Shown piece after piece: positions 30,790 to 45,673 of a DNA stretch of 64,000 nucleotides; position 1 is the first letter of the stretch, and the number at the start of each line of letters is the position of its first letter. The notes under the pieces are model-generated. The model saw nothing but the letters and a program-made list of their open reading frames with translations. It made no database searches and was not told the DNA's origin. Source of the stretch: the human T2T-CHM13v2.0 reference genome, Homo sapiens; NCBI RefSeq assembly GCF_009914755.1, contig NC_060929.1; one strand, given 5' to 3'. The position numbers were made by a program, and so were the translations under genes.

Positions 30790-31430
30790 AATAATAAAGT
30801 TTCACTTTGTGACCAAAATTTAAAACATATGAATCTCCTTAAATGTGGAAATTTGTCAAAATTTGCAAAATTTCAAGGGGGCAGGCTGAGAAGTTTGTAA
30901 GCTGTGTTTTTGTTACTGCATTGGAAAGTGTCACTTTAACGGGTTACAGAAATACCTGCCATCGTTAATCAACAAGCACTGTTGTGCAGGCACAACCACA
31001 CTTCGGCCAATGGTCTTAGTGGCCATCAGGGTCTTATTTTAAATTTCACAGTAGTTAAGAATTAAAGTCTTTTGAATAGTCTATAACAGTGTCATCCAAC
31101 AGCTCATGTAAGTGATGGCCCTACTGCTGAAAAACGTGCTGGAAAATCAATAGCTGTGGACTGGAAGTTAGATGTGATAAAAAGTTATGAGGAAGGCCAG
31201 ATATCAACCTTGATATGCTCTGTTGTTAAATTAAGAGGGAGCACTGTGTAAATGATGTAAGGCTGAGAAAACAAAGGCAAAAATAGACCACAATAGGTGT
31301 GGGGCTTTGCACTTTGAAGACACATCCCTTCTACTTTACTTCTATTTCTATGGGAAAATTAACTTGAAATTGTGCAAGGTTTGAATTAGGCAAGATCTTT
31401 AGGAGCATGTCTTTTGAATTAAAAGCCACC
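30790..31430 (+). mobile_element. Tigger-like (TcMar) DNA transposon fossil with a transposase N-terminal HTH remnant
   Basis: 31111-31248 translates to SDGPTAEKRAGKSIAVDWKLDVIKSYEEGQISTLICSVVKLRGSTV*, resembling the CENP-B/Tigger N-terminal HTH (K.I....KL.VI..YE.G......STV); ctatgggaaaatt subterminal-like motif. Confidence 0.7.
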
Positions 31431-31439
31431 ATCCCGTAT

Positions 31440-31890
31440 TTTCTTAATAACTTTACTGAAATAGATACGTCATAAATATATATTTTTATGCCATAAAAAT
31501 AAATGTATGCCATAAGATTCACTCCTTCTACATGTATAATTCAATGATTTTTTAATAAATTTACTCACTTGTGTAACCATCCACATCGTCTAGTTATATT
31601 TTTTATTTTTTCCAGTTTTTATTTTTATTACGCTAGTAAGATCTCTCAATGCCCATTTACAATTAATCCTCATTCCTTCCTCCAACCCCAAGCAACTACT
31701 AATCAACTTTTTCTCTTTTAGATTTGCTTTTTTGGACTTTTCACACAAATGGAATCCTACAATATGTGGGTTTTCTGTCTGGCTTCTCTCACTTAGCATG
31801 ATGTTTTTGAGGTTGAGCATCCATGTTATCACATGTATCAGTATTTTGCTCCTTTTTGTTACTGAATAGCATTCCGTTACATGGATCCTG
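31440..31890 (-). mobile_element. L1M 3' fragment
   Basis: aatggaatcctacaatatgtggg...tggcttctctcacttagcatgatgtttttgagg. Confidence 0.85.
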
Positions 31891-31996
31891 TAGCAGTTTT
31901 TTTGTTTGTTTGTTTGTTTGTTTTGGTTTGGTTTTTGGCTTAAATTTAGATGGCCCAAAAGTATAGCCACTTCTTACTGTGTGTCAGATGTGGCTA

Positions 31997-32512
<516 letters not shown>

Positions 32513-32593
32513 CTAAACCCAGACCTTAAGAGAATTGCAAATTCTGCTTCCTCTTCTTAGAAGCCAGCTGTCATGCTGTAATGAAGCTGGCGC

Positions 32594-33034
32594 TACCCAA
32601 AAAGATATGTTGAAGTCCTAACCTCTGGTACCTATAACTGTGAGCTTATTTGGAAATAGGCTCTTTGCAGATGGAATCAAGTTAAGATGAGGTCACTAGG
32701 GTGGGACCTAATCCAGTTTGACTGGCATCCTTATGAGAAAAGGAAAGTCATGTGAAAACAGAGATGCACAGCAAAAATGTCACATAGTGACAGAGGCAGA
32801 GATGAGAGTGACACAGCTGCAAACCAAGGAATGCCAAGGACTGCTGGCCACCACCAAAAGCTGGGAGACAGGCATGAACCAATTCTCCTCCAGAGCCTTT
32901 GGAGGGAGCACAGCTCTGTTGACTCCTTGATTTCAGACTTCTGGCCACCATAACTGTGAAAGAATCAATGTCTGTCATTTTAAGCCATCCAGTTTGTGGT
33001 GTTTTGTTTGTTAAGGCAGCCCTAGAAATTAATA
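32594..33034 (+). mobile_element. MLT1C-like MaLR LTR
   Basis: aagatatgttgaagtcctaacc...ttatttggaaatagg...gcagccctagaaattaatac. Confidence 0.85.
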
Positions 33035-33039
33035 CCCCT

Positions 33040-33365
33040 GTTCAGGAGCTGGGATTTTACTCTGGGTGCAAGAGAAATTCCTGGAGCTCCAAGCAGGGGT
33101 GTGGCATCATTTGATTTGCACATGGAAAATGCATGTGTGTGGTCTCAAGAAGAGCTGATCAAATAAAACAGGGAAGCCAACTGGAGGTATACAATGTTGG
33201 TGACCATAACCAGGGTGGTGACAGTGGCCTTGGTAAAAATGCACAGATTTGGAAGATATTTTGGAGACAGATCAGCATGACTTGATGGTGGATCAGAAGT
33301 GAAGAATGAAGGAAAGAGGTCTCAAGGACACATATAGATTTTTGGATGACATCTAAGGTTTTTGC
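33040..33365 (-). mobile_element. L2 fragment
   Basis: aagcaggggtgtggcatcatttgatttgca...ggatgacatctaaggttttt. Confidence 0.6.
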
Positions 33366-33639
33366 CAATTCTCAGAGCTTATGGCATCCATGAGAAGAGT
33401 GTTTCTGTGTCTGGAGATGCCATAGGTGAATTCCTGGATGATTCCAGGAGTGAATGTGGGTGCATCAGAAAATTTCACCCATCTTGGCCCCACTATTTGG
33501 TTCCCACTGTGAGCCAGTGCTGGCTGGTCTCCCTCAGTCCAGCTGCCCAAAAGTAATAAATAATCCCTTCATGTTTGTCTCATCAATAAATATATTCTTT
33601 TTTTTTTCCAGAAAAAAGAGAAGAAGAAGTTGAGGCTAG

Positions 33640-34200
<561 letters not shown>

Positions 34201-35310
34201 TCATGATTTCACCAGTCTTTCTCCTTCCCTTAATTCTTGTTAATTATGTTCTCTTTTAATTTTTATAGTTTTATTCCATTCTATGGAGATTTCTAGTGGA
34301 CCCTAAATTTAACATCACTTTCTTGGCTGTTTGTGGCACATTGAAGAGTTTTATGTCAATCTGCTTCCTGATATTCATATGCTGAAATCTTGGGACAACA
34401 TTTTCTAAATGGTCTGAAGAGAATCGCCTGGAGAGCTTTATAAAAATTGATTCTCCATTCTCCCCTCCACGCCCTCACAGTGATGGATAAGAAACTGGTA
34501 TCCAGCTGCTCCCGAAACAGTGTACAAGTTAATTTGATAATCTCACCAAGAAAGCTATTTCAATAACTCAATTAAGTATTTCCTGAATTTTGATTAAAGG
34601 AAAAAACAGCATGCTAAACCCTATGCATAAAGATACAAAAACTATCAAAATATAACCCTTACCCTCAAAAAGTTTATAATTAGATTGCAAAAAAAAATGC
34701 ATGGCAATATGTGATTAACATTCAATCAACCCTTGAAGTTGACTAACAAATCGCCCTTCAAGTTTCACCCTCAGCATGCCCTTTGAGTTGTCCAACTCTA
34801 GGGGGCACCATTCACAAAGAAAACCACATGAACGGTGCCTCCCTAGAGCTGTTTAACAGACTGCATTCAATTGCAAAGATAAAAAGGGCTATGACTATTC
34901 CTGCATATAGTTCAAGAGTTGGAACTTGTTGCTCATCTTTGTCGATTCACATTCTCCGCCCAGCACCTGGCACAACACGGGTGCTCAATAAAGCTAAGTC
35001 AGTGAACATCACTGAGATGACAAAATTTCAATGGGCTTTGGTGGTCAAGGAAGCCTTCATGAAGGAGAGGAGAGGAGACTGAAGGAGGAGAGGAAACTGA
35101 AGTTGGACACTGGAGAAAGGGATGAAGTGAAAGAGGCATCATAGGAGCTAAATAGGCCTAATGAAGCGTTGCTTCCTTCAATGGAGAAGAAATCCTCAAT
35201 GTGGAACTAGATGAATACACTGATCAGCAAATACCACTGGATTCATGCTTACCCAGGAGCCTTAAAAACTGCCTTCCTCAATTCCAGTCATCTGCATGCA
35301 CCTCAGATAA

Positions 35311-35759
<449 letters not shown>

Positions 35760-37705
35760 TACAGCTTTTTAAATTGGAGTGGCAAGAACTACAGAGCTGC
35801 AATATTGAGCTATGTCTCCATCTCATTGTACCTCTGCTGTATTTGAATGGGAGCTCCCAAAAAATGAGACTAATCCTAATTTCTCATCTTCTGATATCAT
35901 CAGAGTCTGTAGAGGACTTCAGATGGCTGAGAAGCCAAGCGAAGTCTGAAGAAGACATGTGTTTGAAGCAGGAGGCACCCAAAGATGGTCACACAACTTT
36001 AGTTGGAGCCCCCAGCACTCGATGGCAAAACATAATGCTTCCATGCTGGTTTGAGAGGCTGCTCAGGCATAGGTCAGAAGAAATGCGTGCTCAGGAAAAT
36101 ATGCGAATTAAAATATAAAATACATCCCCCAACATGAACCCTCTGTCAGCAGGCTGATATAGACTGCTACCACGTCATATCAGTGGCTAGACTGTTAAGT
36201 AGGTGAAGATCTAAAGCAAGGGTATCTTATTGACTCATGGGTTTACAGACCCTTCCTACAAAACCAACAAGTCCCTGAGAAGGAAAAACAAGCATAACTT
36301 TCTATTGGTCTAAGACAAAGTACAACTCAGCCATGGGTGACATTCTGTGCAAATGCCATGGACCAATTTCTACAGTGTTCATGAGTCTAGAGTGGGAGGA
36401 GTGGGTGGGAGAAGGTGGGCCCTGTGCAATTTGGATACTTCACAAATGTGAAATATTTATTTGTAATTTATTTATTATTTGTCCCAGACAAATGTGGCCA
36501 GGCCTAAGGTATTACAAATAAATATTCTAGAGAAAGTTGTTGTGTTAGGCACAGAGGTTGTGACCAGGACACCCACTGGAAGAAATGAAATGGGAAGAGA
36601 GAACCAAGCATGTATGGCTGAGCCCCTTCTGGGGACGGCATCTTTCTTTCACAGTGGCCCCTTCTTGGGAAGTAGGCATTGTCTTCCACACACAGTAAGC
36701 TGCCACCTTGCTGTGCTGGCCCAGATCTGCCCACGACTCTTTCAGTAAGTGTAAGTTTCATTCCCCAGTTACCTCTATTAGGAACAAAGCTGTTCTTCAT
36801 CAATTTATTCCATGTTTCATTACCCAGGAAAGAGGGGTGTTGTATATGCTCCTTCCAAAGCCCCTAGAGTGACCTTCTGGCCCTCCCATGCCTTCTGAGG
36901 AAGAATCAGAGAAAAGACTTTGCTCTGTCTAACTTCTGGAAACTGTTGCAATGATCTCAGTGTTGGGTAAAATGAAAAGCTGGAAGAGCCCAAGAAAGGT
37001 CAAATTAATTTACTCATGAGAAAGAGTATGGAGCTCATCTGGAAAGAATATAATAGACCTCGGAGGTGAGAGGAAAAATCAAAGGGCTAGAGTTTACAGA
37101 AAAGAGGCTGCAGAGAGACATTGAGAAGCAGCTAGGGTGCTGAGGTGGCCTTCAGGAAGAGAGATCTATAAAGATGATCCCGGGTGGTGCAGTTATCCTT
37201 TGGCTCCCTCTCCAAGAGGCATCTGTCTTGATCAACATACGTTGTTTTTCAAGGTGGGTGATTTTTTCAGCCAGACTTGGATTTCCTTTGGATGTCTCAG
37301 TATGCTGAGAGTGGCGTATAGGACAGCTCTGTTTCACTCAAGTTATAATACATTGGGACTGGCTAAAAAAGATAAAGGAAAGGGAAACATTTCCCAGAGT
37401 GCTTTGCAGAACACTGGTACCCACTTAGAGATTTACAATGGATATTAACATTCCAGTCAAGGTTCTGGAAAAATGGTCAGCAAAAGAGCTTATATGTCTT
37501 TAATCAGCAGCTCCCAAATGTAATGTGCCACAGAGCTTTTTTCATGTAAGACATCTTGAGAACCCTGGCACAAAGGACAAAACAATAAGATTCAAAATTA
37601 CTGCTTGGTGATATGAGGAGAGAGCACATTAGATATTATCAAAAGAAAATTATAGCATTCATATGTCTGCCTATGAAGAAACTGTTTTAACTTCAGCTTC
37701 AGTTA

Positions 37706-38011
<306 letters not shown>

Positions 38012-38609
38012 AAAGTTAACTGTTTTAATGTTAACTTCAACCAAGAGGAACTCCTGTCATAAAAGAAATTGGATGGAGGAAAGGAAGTTGGCGGAGAGGG
38101 AGGAGGTGACGAGAAATCATCTGCCATGGCCACAAGAGAACGGGAGAGTGCAGCTCTTGCAGAAAAAGAGCTAAAGACACAAGTCTCCTGCTTGTTGGAG
38201 AGAAAAGAAGCTTTGCACAGGCAGGGCCAATGTATGCTACATTAGAGGGAAGCCTTCCATGAAATCAATAGAGGAAAACACAATACTTAAAGACTGCATA
38301 AGCAAAGATTAGAATTTATGAGTAAGGCCTTGGAAGCAAGAAAAGGCTGAGACAAGAACAAGACAATACCTACAGAAGGAAATCCAGACCAGGCCATAAC
38401 TAGTCACACAAGTTAAATGCTCGTGTTCAGTTCCTCAGTGAAGTGATCCTGGAAAATAATATGAATAGCAAGGCTGACCTTAGAACTACTGTGTATCATT
38501 ATAGTTTATTGTATATTGACTGCTGCAGGTGACTCTGTTAAATAACCTACATATTCTTCTCATAATAAAGTGCTTTTCTCAACCCCATAAAGTCCTGAGT
38601 TAAATAAAC

Positions 38610-38765
38610 CTATTAGGTGAAAATGTGAATAGATCAAGCACTGTAAAAAAAAAAAAAAAAAAAAAAAGTTGAAAATGTAATCAATGACATAATTTCTAAA
38701 GTGGCATCTGGCCTAAGAGAGTTGTATTCAATGAGTTCCACCAAACTTCAAGAAACAGGTGATGT
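38610..38765 (+). mobile_element. Old L1 ORF2 fragment with an expanded internal A run
   Basis: gaaaatgtgaatagatcaa...gttgaaaatgtaatc...tgagttccaccaaacttcaagaaacag resembles L1 ORF2. Confidence 0.55.
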
Positions 38766-41700
38766 TTGGGTGTTTTTCTATTTCCACAAGGCATCAAAAA
38801 AAATGCAGGTAATCTGAGGACCACCATTGGAGAACCACTGTCTTTGTAGAATGCCGCCTTAATGAAGCTTATTTTGATCTGGGTGTGTTTCAGCTATTAG
38901 AAAAGGAGGATTCGAACTCTAAACATGGAAGACAGGGCAGCAACACAGAAAGGAATTATATGAAGATCTCCTTATCAAAGCGGCCTGGCAAATAGGGCAC
39001 AATGAGATGCAACAAAATTAGGCAGACCAGTCTTCCTAAAGATCCAGCTAAAACCAAAGAAGATAATTTGGAGTTGGGCCAGGGTAAGATCCAGAAACTA
39101 AGATTTCTCGGTTATTTATAGAGCAGTCATCATATTTGTAAGATGCCTATGAGATACATATATATGACAAAGGAAGGAGGTGGCTCAGGTCTGTCTATTA
39201 GGGATTCCTTCAGCAAAGTCTCAACTGGGATCAAGTCTTGTTCAAAGTAAAGCCTTCTTTCTAAATCCACCTACCTCTGTTAACTATTGTTTTCTTCTGT
39301 CTCTTCTCAACTATGCTCTTACTGAAACATCAGCTCCTGGGACATCCCTTGTCTTGTTTCCCAGTTTTGTTCCTACCTATGTTTTGCCAGGATTCAGAGG
39401 AGCTGGGTTCTAGGCTTGATTAAAATCTTTCTAATCGTGTCATCTTGTTAACATCTTGTTGGTCATCTGTTTACACCTCTTGAATATCAGATCTAGCCCA
39501 GATCTGATCCTTTCCCCCATACTCATATTAAAATGCACCCCCACCTTCGCCTGTAGAGGGCCATCCTTGCCCCACTCCACATATTTAGCTCAGGAGTTAT
39601 TGTCTCCATCCTGGCTAATCAGAGTTAACCACATACTAGGAAAACAGAACTAAGAGATGTCAAGGGAATCTGGGCCCTGATGGTATCAATCGAACATCTC
39701 TTTCAAGGCACATTGAAAGCTCACTCTAGTCCTGAACTTTTCAATTCTGTGAGCCAAAACACAGAGACAGAGACAGACAGAGAGACAGATACCTTTTACT
39801 GTGTAATCCACTTTGAGTTTTCTGTCGCTTGTAATGCATCTTTCTTGGAAGCATGTTTTTCATCAATAAAACAAGGATAATACTTGCTACCAAGCTTCAG
39901 TAGGATGTAAGTATTTTGGAAAGTCTAAAGCCTATTCAAACATAAAGTATTATTCCTACTTCCTCTTTTATGCTCTTGCCTGAGTTCCTTGCATACTAAT
40001 ACTTTCAAAGCATAAAACATAATACTATACCAAAAGAACATTTTCATTACCTGATATTCCTGTTCTGTGTTCAGGGACTTTTGATCCCATCTGTTCTACA
40101 GAATCTTTTATATAATAGAATTCTTTGAAACCAGACCAGCAAAGTTCTGTTTCAATGAACCATTTGTTCCCTAAGCCACAAAAATAGCTCCTGCAAATAA
40201 ACCCTATGTTTAAAATGGTGTTTGTGAAAACCTCATTTTACCTGTGATATATATGAATGTACTTTGGAAATAAATTTGCCTTGTAAATTTGTCATTGATG
40301 TCTAGTAAATTTTCATTACTACTAATTAGTTAAAGTATTAGTTCCTTCTGATTTCTTGATCTTGGGACTTGCTGCTCAAAAAAGGCACTGGCTTTGGGGA
40401 TCCAACAATGAAAGATCTTGGGTCTTTATTCAAACAGCAGATGATTTTCTTTTCAATGCTGCTGATTTTACTTCTGTGGTTCTTTTTTCTTCATTTCTGC
40501 TTCTCCCTCCTTTTCACGACTAATTTGGCTTTGAAATTTGATTCTTTGATTTAATCCATCTGCAATATTTATTCCTCATAGCTATTATCAGTGCCTTTGC
40601 AGAAAGTCATCTGTTGCCTGAGGAATTAGAAGACAAGGAGATATTAGGGGTTTGAGTTGCACTCTAAAAAATTAGAGAACAGAAGCAATATATTGGGATG
40701 TTAATCCAATCTCAATAAAGCTGTTACTTAAAGAGAAAAAAAGCAATGAGTTAATACTGGCCGACCCCTCAAGAACCCATGCAGAATCACAAACTGATCC
40801 TCCCCTGGGTTCATCAGCATGAAGGATGATGGCATTCTTTTCTCGATCCAAATAAAACCCAGCAAACCCTTCTTCAAGTGTTACCAATGAGGCATGTAGA
40901 ATCACAGTAAGGAGATTTAACTGATAAAGGCATTTTATTTTCCAGCATTTAAGTGTACACTTTAAAGACTAAAATCAATTCCAACGTCCCTATTTATACT
41001 CTGGTGGTACACATGTGTATATATAGCAAACCAGCCATTAGGAAAGAAGCTTTGCATCTTTCCACATAATCCAAAATAATGGCAAATTATGATGTGGTGA
41101 TTAAATCAAGACCTTCCATATCAAAAAATATATTGCGGACTGGATCTATTCAAAGCTACCTTCTTTTTCAATTTTTTATATTTTATTCCACCTTGCCAAT
41201 GTACTTTCCTTATAATTCATTCTCTAGCTCAGCTGGACTTATTGCTACTTAGAATGGCACATACAACAGTGAAAAGATGATGTCACCCTTTAGCCAAATT
41301 GCACTATTATTCCAGAACTGCATGTACTCTCATTCATTTATCTCTGCTGACATCGCTCCACAGGAAGGTTTTCCAGGGCAGATGCGTGCTCCCTTGGCAA
41401 TAAAAGTGGTGGAGATTGCACATCCATTTTAAAATCCTGAAAGGTAGATTTTAGTAAATCTCAACTTTTTAAAAATGTATTGTGATTAAAGGAGGCATCA
41501 GTTGTTGTCCCCAAACCTGTTCTGGTTAAAAACCTCAAAGAATCTTGAATGTGAAACAACCTTCAAAATTTATTCTCATTATACAAATATTTTCTTCATT
41601 TAAAGGCATGTTTTAAAAGCTGAATTTAAGAAGAATTGTGCAGATTATAGTGGTCTATTTTGCAAGTATGTGCATATATGCTAAGAAATAACTATACACT

Positions 41701-41916
41701 TTAGTGAACATTTGATAAGGAGTCGGGGGAAAAATTAGTGAAAGATTATTATGCAGGATTCTATTCAAGTGTGCCAGAACAGCTTTAAAATCAAATGCAA
41801 GCATTAGAGATAGGAAGAGACTTTAGGAAGAGGAAGACAAGCAATTGCAGAAATTGTATAAAACAGAAAAGGCAACGTAGGAAGTAAGAGTGAAGAGAAA
41901 ATCCAGGAAAAATAGG

Positions 41917-42211
41917 GTTGGGTACAGTGGCTCATAGTTGTAATCCCAACATTTTAGGAAACTGAGGCAAGACAATCGCTTAAGGCCAGGAGTTCAAGAC
42001 CAGCCTGGACAACATAGTGAAACCCCATCTCTACAAAAAATTTAAAAATTAGCCAGATGTGGTGGCACACACCTGTGGTCCCAGCTACTCAGGAGGCTGA
42101 GGCAGGAGGATGGCTTGAGCCCAGGAGTTCAAGGCTGCAGTGAGCCACGATCACACCACTGCACTCCAGCCTGGGTGACAGAGCAAGATTCTGTCTCTTT
42201 AAAAAAAAAAA
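41917..42211 (+). mobile_element. AluJ
   Basis: gagcccaggagttcaaggctgcagtgag J diagnostic. Confidence 0.92.
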
Positions 42212-42409
42212 TGTGGGGAGGTAGTTTTTAAAAATACATTTTCTTATGTTTTAATCTTTTTAGAATGTAATCCATGCACACAGCAAAAATCCCAATAGCA
42301 CAAAAGGATATACAAAGAATAGGAATCTCTTTCCCACTCCTGACTCCAGACCCCTAGAATTCATCCCCCACCCAAGGCAAACACTGTTACCACTTTCTTG
42401 TTCTCTTCA

Positions 42410-42595
42410 TTTTTGTGTGTGTACCACAGACCACTTCAGTATCTGATAAAGCTTATGGATCCCCCTCTCAGAACAATGTTTGAAAATATGTAAGCTAAAG
42501 TGCAGAGGATTACAAAAGAAACCAATTTGCCTGTAATACTGTTCTATCTGTGAATCCCTTAGGGATCCATGGACTCCAGGATAAGAGCATCTACT
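42410..42595. mobile_element. hAT-Charlie (MER119-like) fragment
   Basis: ttatggatcccctctcagaacaatgttt...ggattacaaaagaaaccaatt...ccatggactccaggataagag. Confidence 0.55.
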
Positions 42596-42654
42596 CTTAG
42601 ATTCCCATGCATGTACAAGCATATATAGTACAGTATCCTTCCTGCAGTACGCCA

Positions 42655-43020
42655 TCTGCAGGGGGTGCTGCTGTAGCTCGGCCTAGATCCCCTGAAGAAG
42701 CCAGTGCACCCATCTCTTGGCTGCTATGAGTGTTAGCAGCTAATGGTTCACAGTTGCCCCCTTCTATAGAGAATTCTCCATCCTGCGGCACATTGTAGCC
42801 AGCACAGGGGTATAAAAGGTTGGACAGCTTTATGGTGCAATTCATGCTCCAGAACTCCCTGTGGGATCAGGCTAACACTGATATCCACTGAGATCATCTC
42901 TTGCTTACCTTTTATCCACTACTCTATGCTGTTCCCACCCCATCTCCTGGGAGCAACCTCTCCTAAAAACACAAGAATCCCTGTCTCAGTCTTTGCTTCC
43001 AGAGATCTCAGCCTAAGACA
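42655..43020 (+). mobile_element. LTR16-family (ERVL) LTR
   Basis: atggtgcaattcatgctccagaactccctgtgggatcaggct...tgtctcagtctttgcttccagagatctcagcctaagaca end. Confidence 0.75.
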
Positions 43021-43094
43021 CTTACTCACTGTTTCTTACCTTGCTTTTTTTATTTATTAATTTCTTGGAAAGAATTCCATATCTGTACATTGGA

Positions 43095-43179
43095 ATTGTT
43101 GTATTCTTTTAACTGTTGCATTCTTTTAACAGCCCCAATATTATTGTATTCTTTTAACTATTGCATTCTTTTAACAGCC
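43095..43179. repeat. 45 bp-period tandem duplication built of ttgYattcttttaac subunits
   Basis: Two 40 bp copies at 43095 and 43140, each with two subunits. Confidence 0.9.
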
Positions 43180-43799
43180 ACATACTATTCCATTAAATGG
43201 ATTTACCATAATTAATTTAGCCCATCTCCAACAGAGCCATTTCCAATAGTTCCTCTCTGGAAACTTACAAATCTAATTTTTACACATCTAAATGCAATTA
43301 CCTGTACCACCTTGCCACATTTTAAGTATCTAACTAGTTGCTAAGGACCCTTTCTCTAACCTCATGAGCTACAAAACTTTAGTGATTTGCTTTCTTTTTA
43401 GGATAAAGCTTTATTCTCAAAACAATTTATCTTTATATTTGACAAACTGTGAAGACTCAGCTGGCTTTTAGCCCCTGCATCTCTTAATCCCCACAGCCCC
43501 AGCCTCAGAGCATCAGATCAAGGATTGAGCAATGGACCAATCTCCATTCTAAACTGAAGAAAAACAAGGACCTGCAAATGCTTAACTTGGACCCTCAAAT
43601 CTCTGGGCCTCATCACTTGCCTCCCTGCTAGTAAGAGGAGTAGATGGGCCTCTTCATTCTGCTAGGAAACTGCTAGATCTCTTGCTCCGTCACACACCCC
43701 TCCTAATGACAAACATTAATCCCCAGGGACAGCACAGTATAAACACCTAAAGGGAAGAGAAACAATGTCCTATCTGCCCACACACTGAAAAGCAGTTTT

Positions 43800-44119
43800 G
43801 GCTGGACGCGGTGGCTCACACCTGTAATCCCAGCACTTTGGAAGGCCCAGGCAGGCAGATTGGTTGAGGTCTGGAGTTCGAGACCAGCCTGGCCAACATG
43901 GTGAAACCATGCCTCTACTGAAAATACAAAACAAAACAAAACAAAACAAAATTAGCCAGATGTGGTGGCACATGCCTGTCATCCCAGCTACTCAGGAGGC
44001 TGAGGTGGGAAGATCACTTGAACACAGGAGGCAGAGGTTGCAGTGAGCCGAGATTGCCACTGCACTCCAGCCTGGGAGACAGAGCAAGACTCCATCTCAA
44101 AAAAAAAAAAAAAAAAAAA
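43800..44119 (+). mobile_element. AluS with an (AAAAC)n-expanded middle linker
   Basis: Dimer; TSD aaaagcagttt. Confidence 0.93.
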
Positions 44120-44639
44120 TTAAAATTTTTTTTAAAAAAGCAGTTTCACCCCACAGTATAGTATTTGCCAAAGGTATTTGTTTCAGGCTGCCCCGCACCT
44201 TTTGAAAAGCTTTCCTATGTTTAAGAACTTCCCACAGTTTAAATTCCACTTCCCCAATACTGAAATCAGCACTTACCTCCCGTTTTGCAGGTGACTCACA
44301 CTTTACACAACTATCAAAAAGAGAGGAACACAAATAGGCAGGTGTTGCTTGGAATTCATTTTCTGGCCAAGAAGGAACAGAGTGACCCAGGGAGCCTGGG
44401 CTGAAGGTAGGGTGTCCACTGGATTGGTTTGATGGTATAAGTTCTGTTACTTGCATCAGAGAACTCAGGCTGATAACTTCCTACACATTCATTTCTCTTT
44501 CCCTCACAGGCTCCTCTCTCCTCCAACCATAAAAAGATACTCAATTTCAATCAAAATCAGAGAAATGCAAAAGAAATCAAGAGAAATATCATTTTCTACC
44601 AATAGATTGGCAAAGATGAAAACATTTGCTGTAGTGAAT

Positions 44640-44945
44640 GGGGGAGAGATATGAATGATTAATGGGTACTAAAAAATAGTTCAAATGAATGAATAAGGCC
44701 TAGTATTTGATAGCACAACAGGGTGACTATTGGTAATAATAATTTAAGTGTACATTTTAAAACAGCTAAAAGAGTATAATTGGATTGTTTGTAACACAAG
44801 GGATAAATGCTTGAGGGAATGGATATTCCATTTTCCATGATGTGATTATTATGCATTGCATGCCTGCATCAAAACATCTCATGTACCCCATAAATATATA
44901 CACCTACTACATACCCACAAAAATTATAATAAATTATTTAAAAAT
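44640..44945 (+). mobile_element. L1MA 3' end
   Basis: gaatgaataaggcctagtatttgatagcacaacagggtgactat...catctcatgtaccccataaatatatacacctact. Confidence 0.9.
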
Positions 44946-45127
44946 TATTTAAATCATCAGCCAATAAAAAGAAAACATTTGATGTGCTGCAATGGTGAGA
45001 ACATGGTAAAGTACACTGCTAGTGGAAGAATAAAGTAGTACAACCTCTACGAAAAGAATTTGGCCATAACAATCAAGTAGGAAATGCAAAATCCTTGACC
45101 CAGCAATTCTACTAATAGGAATTTATC

Positions 45128-45440
45128 AGCTGGGTGCCATGGCTCACGCCTGTAATCCCAACACTTTGGAGGCCAAGGTGGGTGGATCACCTGAGGTCAA
45201 GAGTTCAAGAGCAGCTTGGCCAACATGGTGAAACACTGTCTCTACTAAAAATACAAAAAAAAAAAAAAAAATTAGCCACATGAGGTGGCAAGCACCTATA
45301 ATCCCAGCTATGTGAGAGGCTGAGGCAGGAGAATCGCTTGAACACTGGAGGCGGAGGTTGCAGCGAACCGAGATGGCGCCACTGTACTCTAGCCTGGGCA
45401 ACAGAGTGAGACTCTGCCTCAAAAAAAAAAAAACGAAAAA
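45128..45440 (+). mobile_element. AluS
   Basis: Dimer with A tail; TSD gaatt(t/c)atc. Confidence 0.93.
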
Positions 45441-45457
45441 GAATTCATCCTATAGCT

Positions 45458-45673
45458 CAGAGGCAAGCAAACTTTTGCAAAAGGACCAAATAGTAAATGT
45501 TTTAGACTTCCAGGCCATACATCACTATTACAACTACTCAACCCTGCTATTGTAGCATGAAAGGAGCCATAGACGACAGGCAAACAAATGAGCACAGCTG
45601 TGTTCCAATAAAACTTTACTTTTTTTAATGGCAGGTTGAATTTGACCCACAGGCTATACTTTGCCAACCTCTG
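45458..45673. mobile_element. MER58A hAT MITE
   Basis: cagaggcaagcaaact...ccaaatagtaaat...gctgtgttccaataaaacttta...tttgccaacctctg. Confidence 0.85.

Noticed and set aside
38600-38667. AATAAA plus A23 suggesting a processed pseudogene end
   Set aside because: Both flanks of the A run look like continuous L1 ORF2; no TSD and no recognisable mRNA upstream
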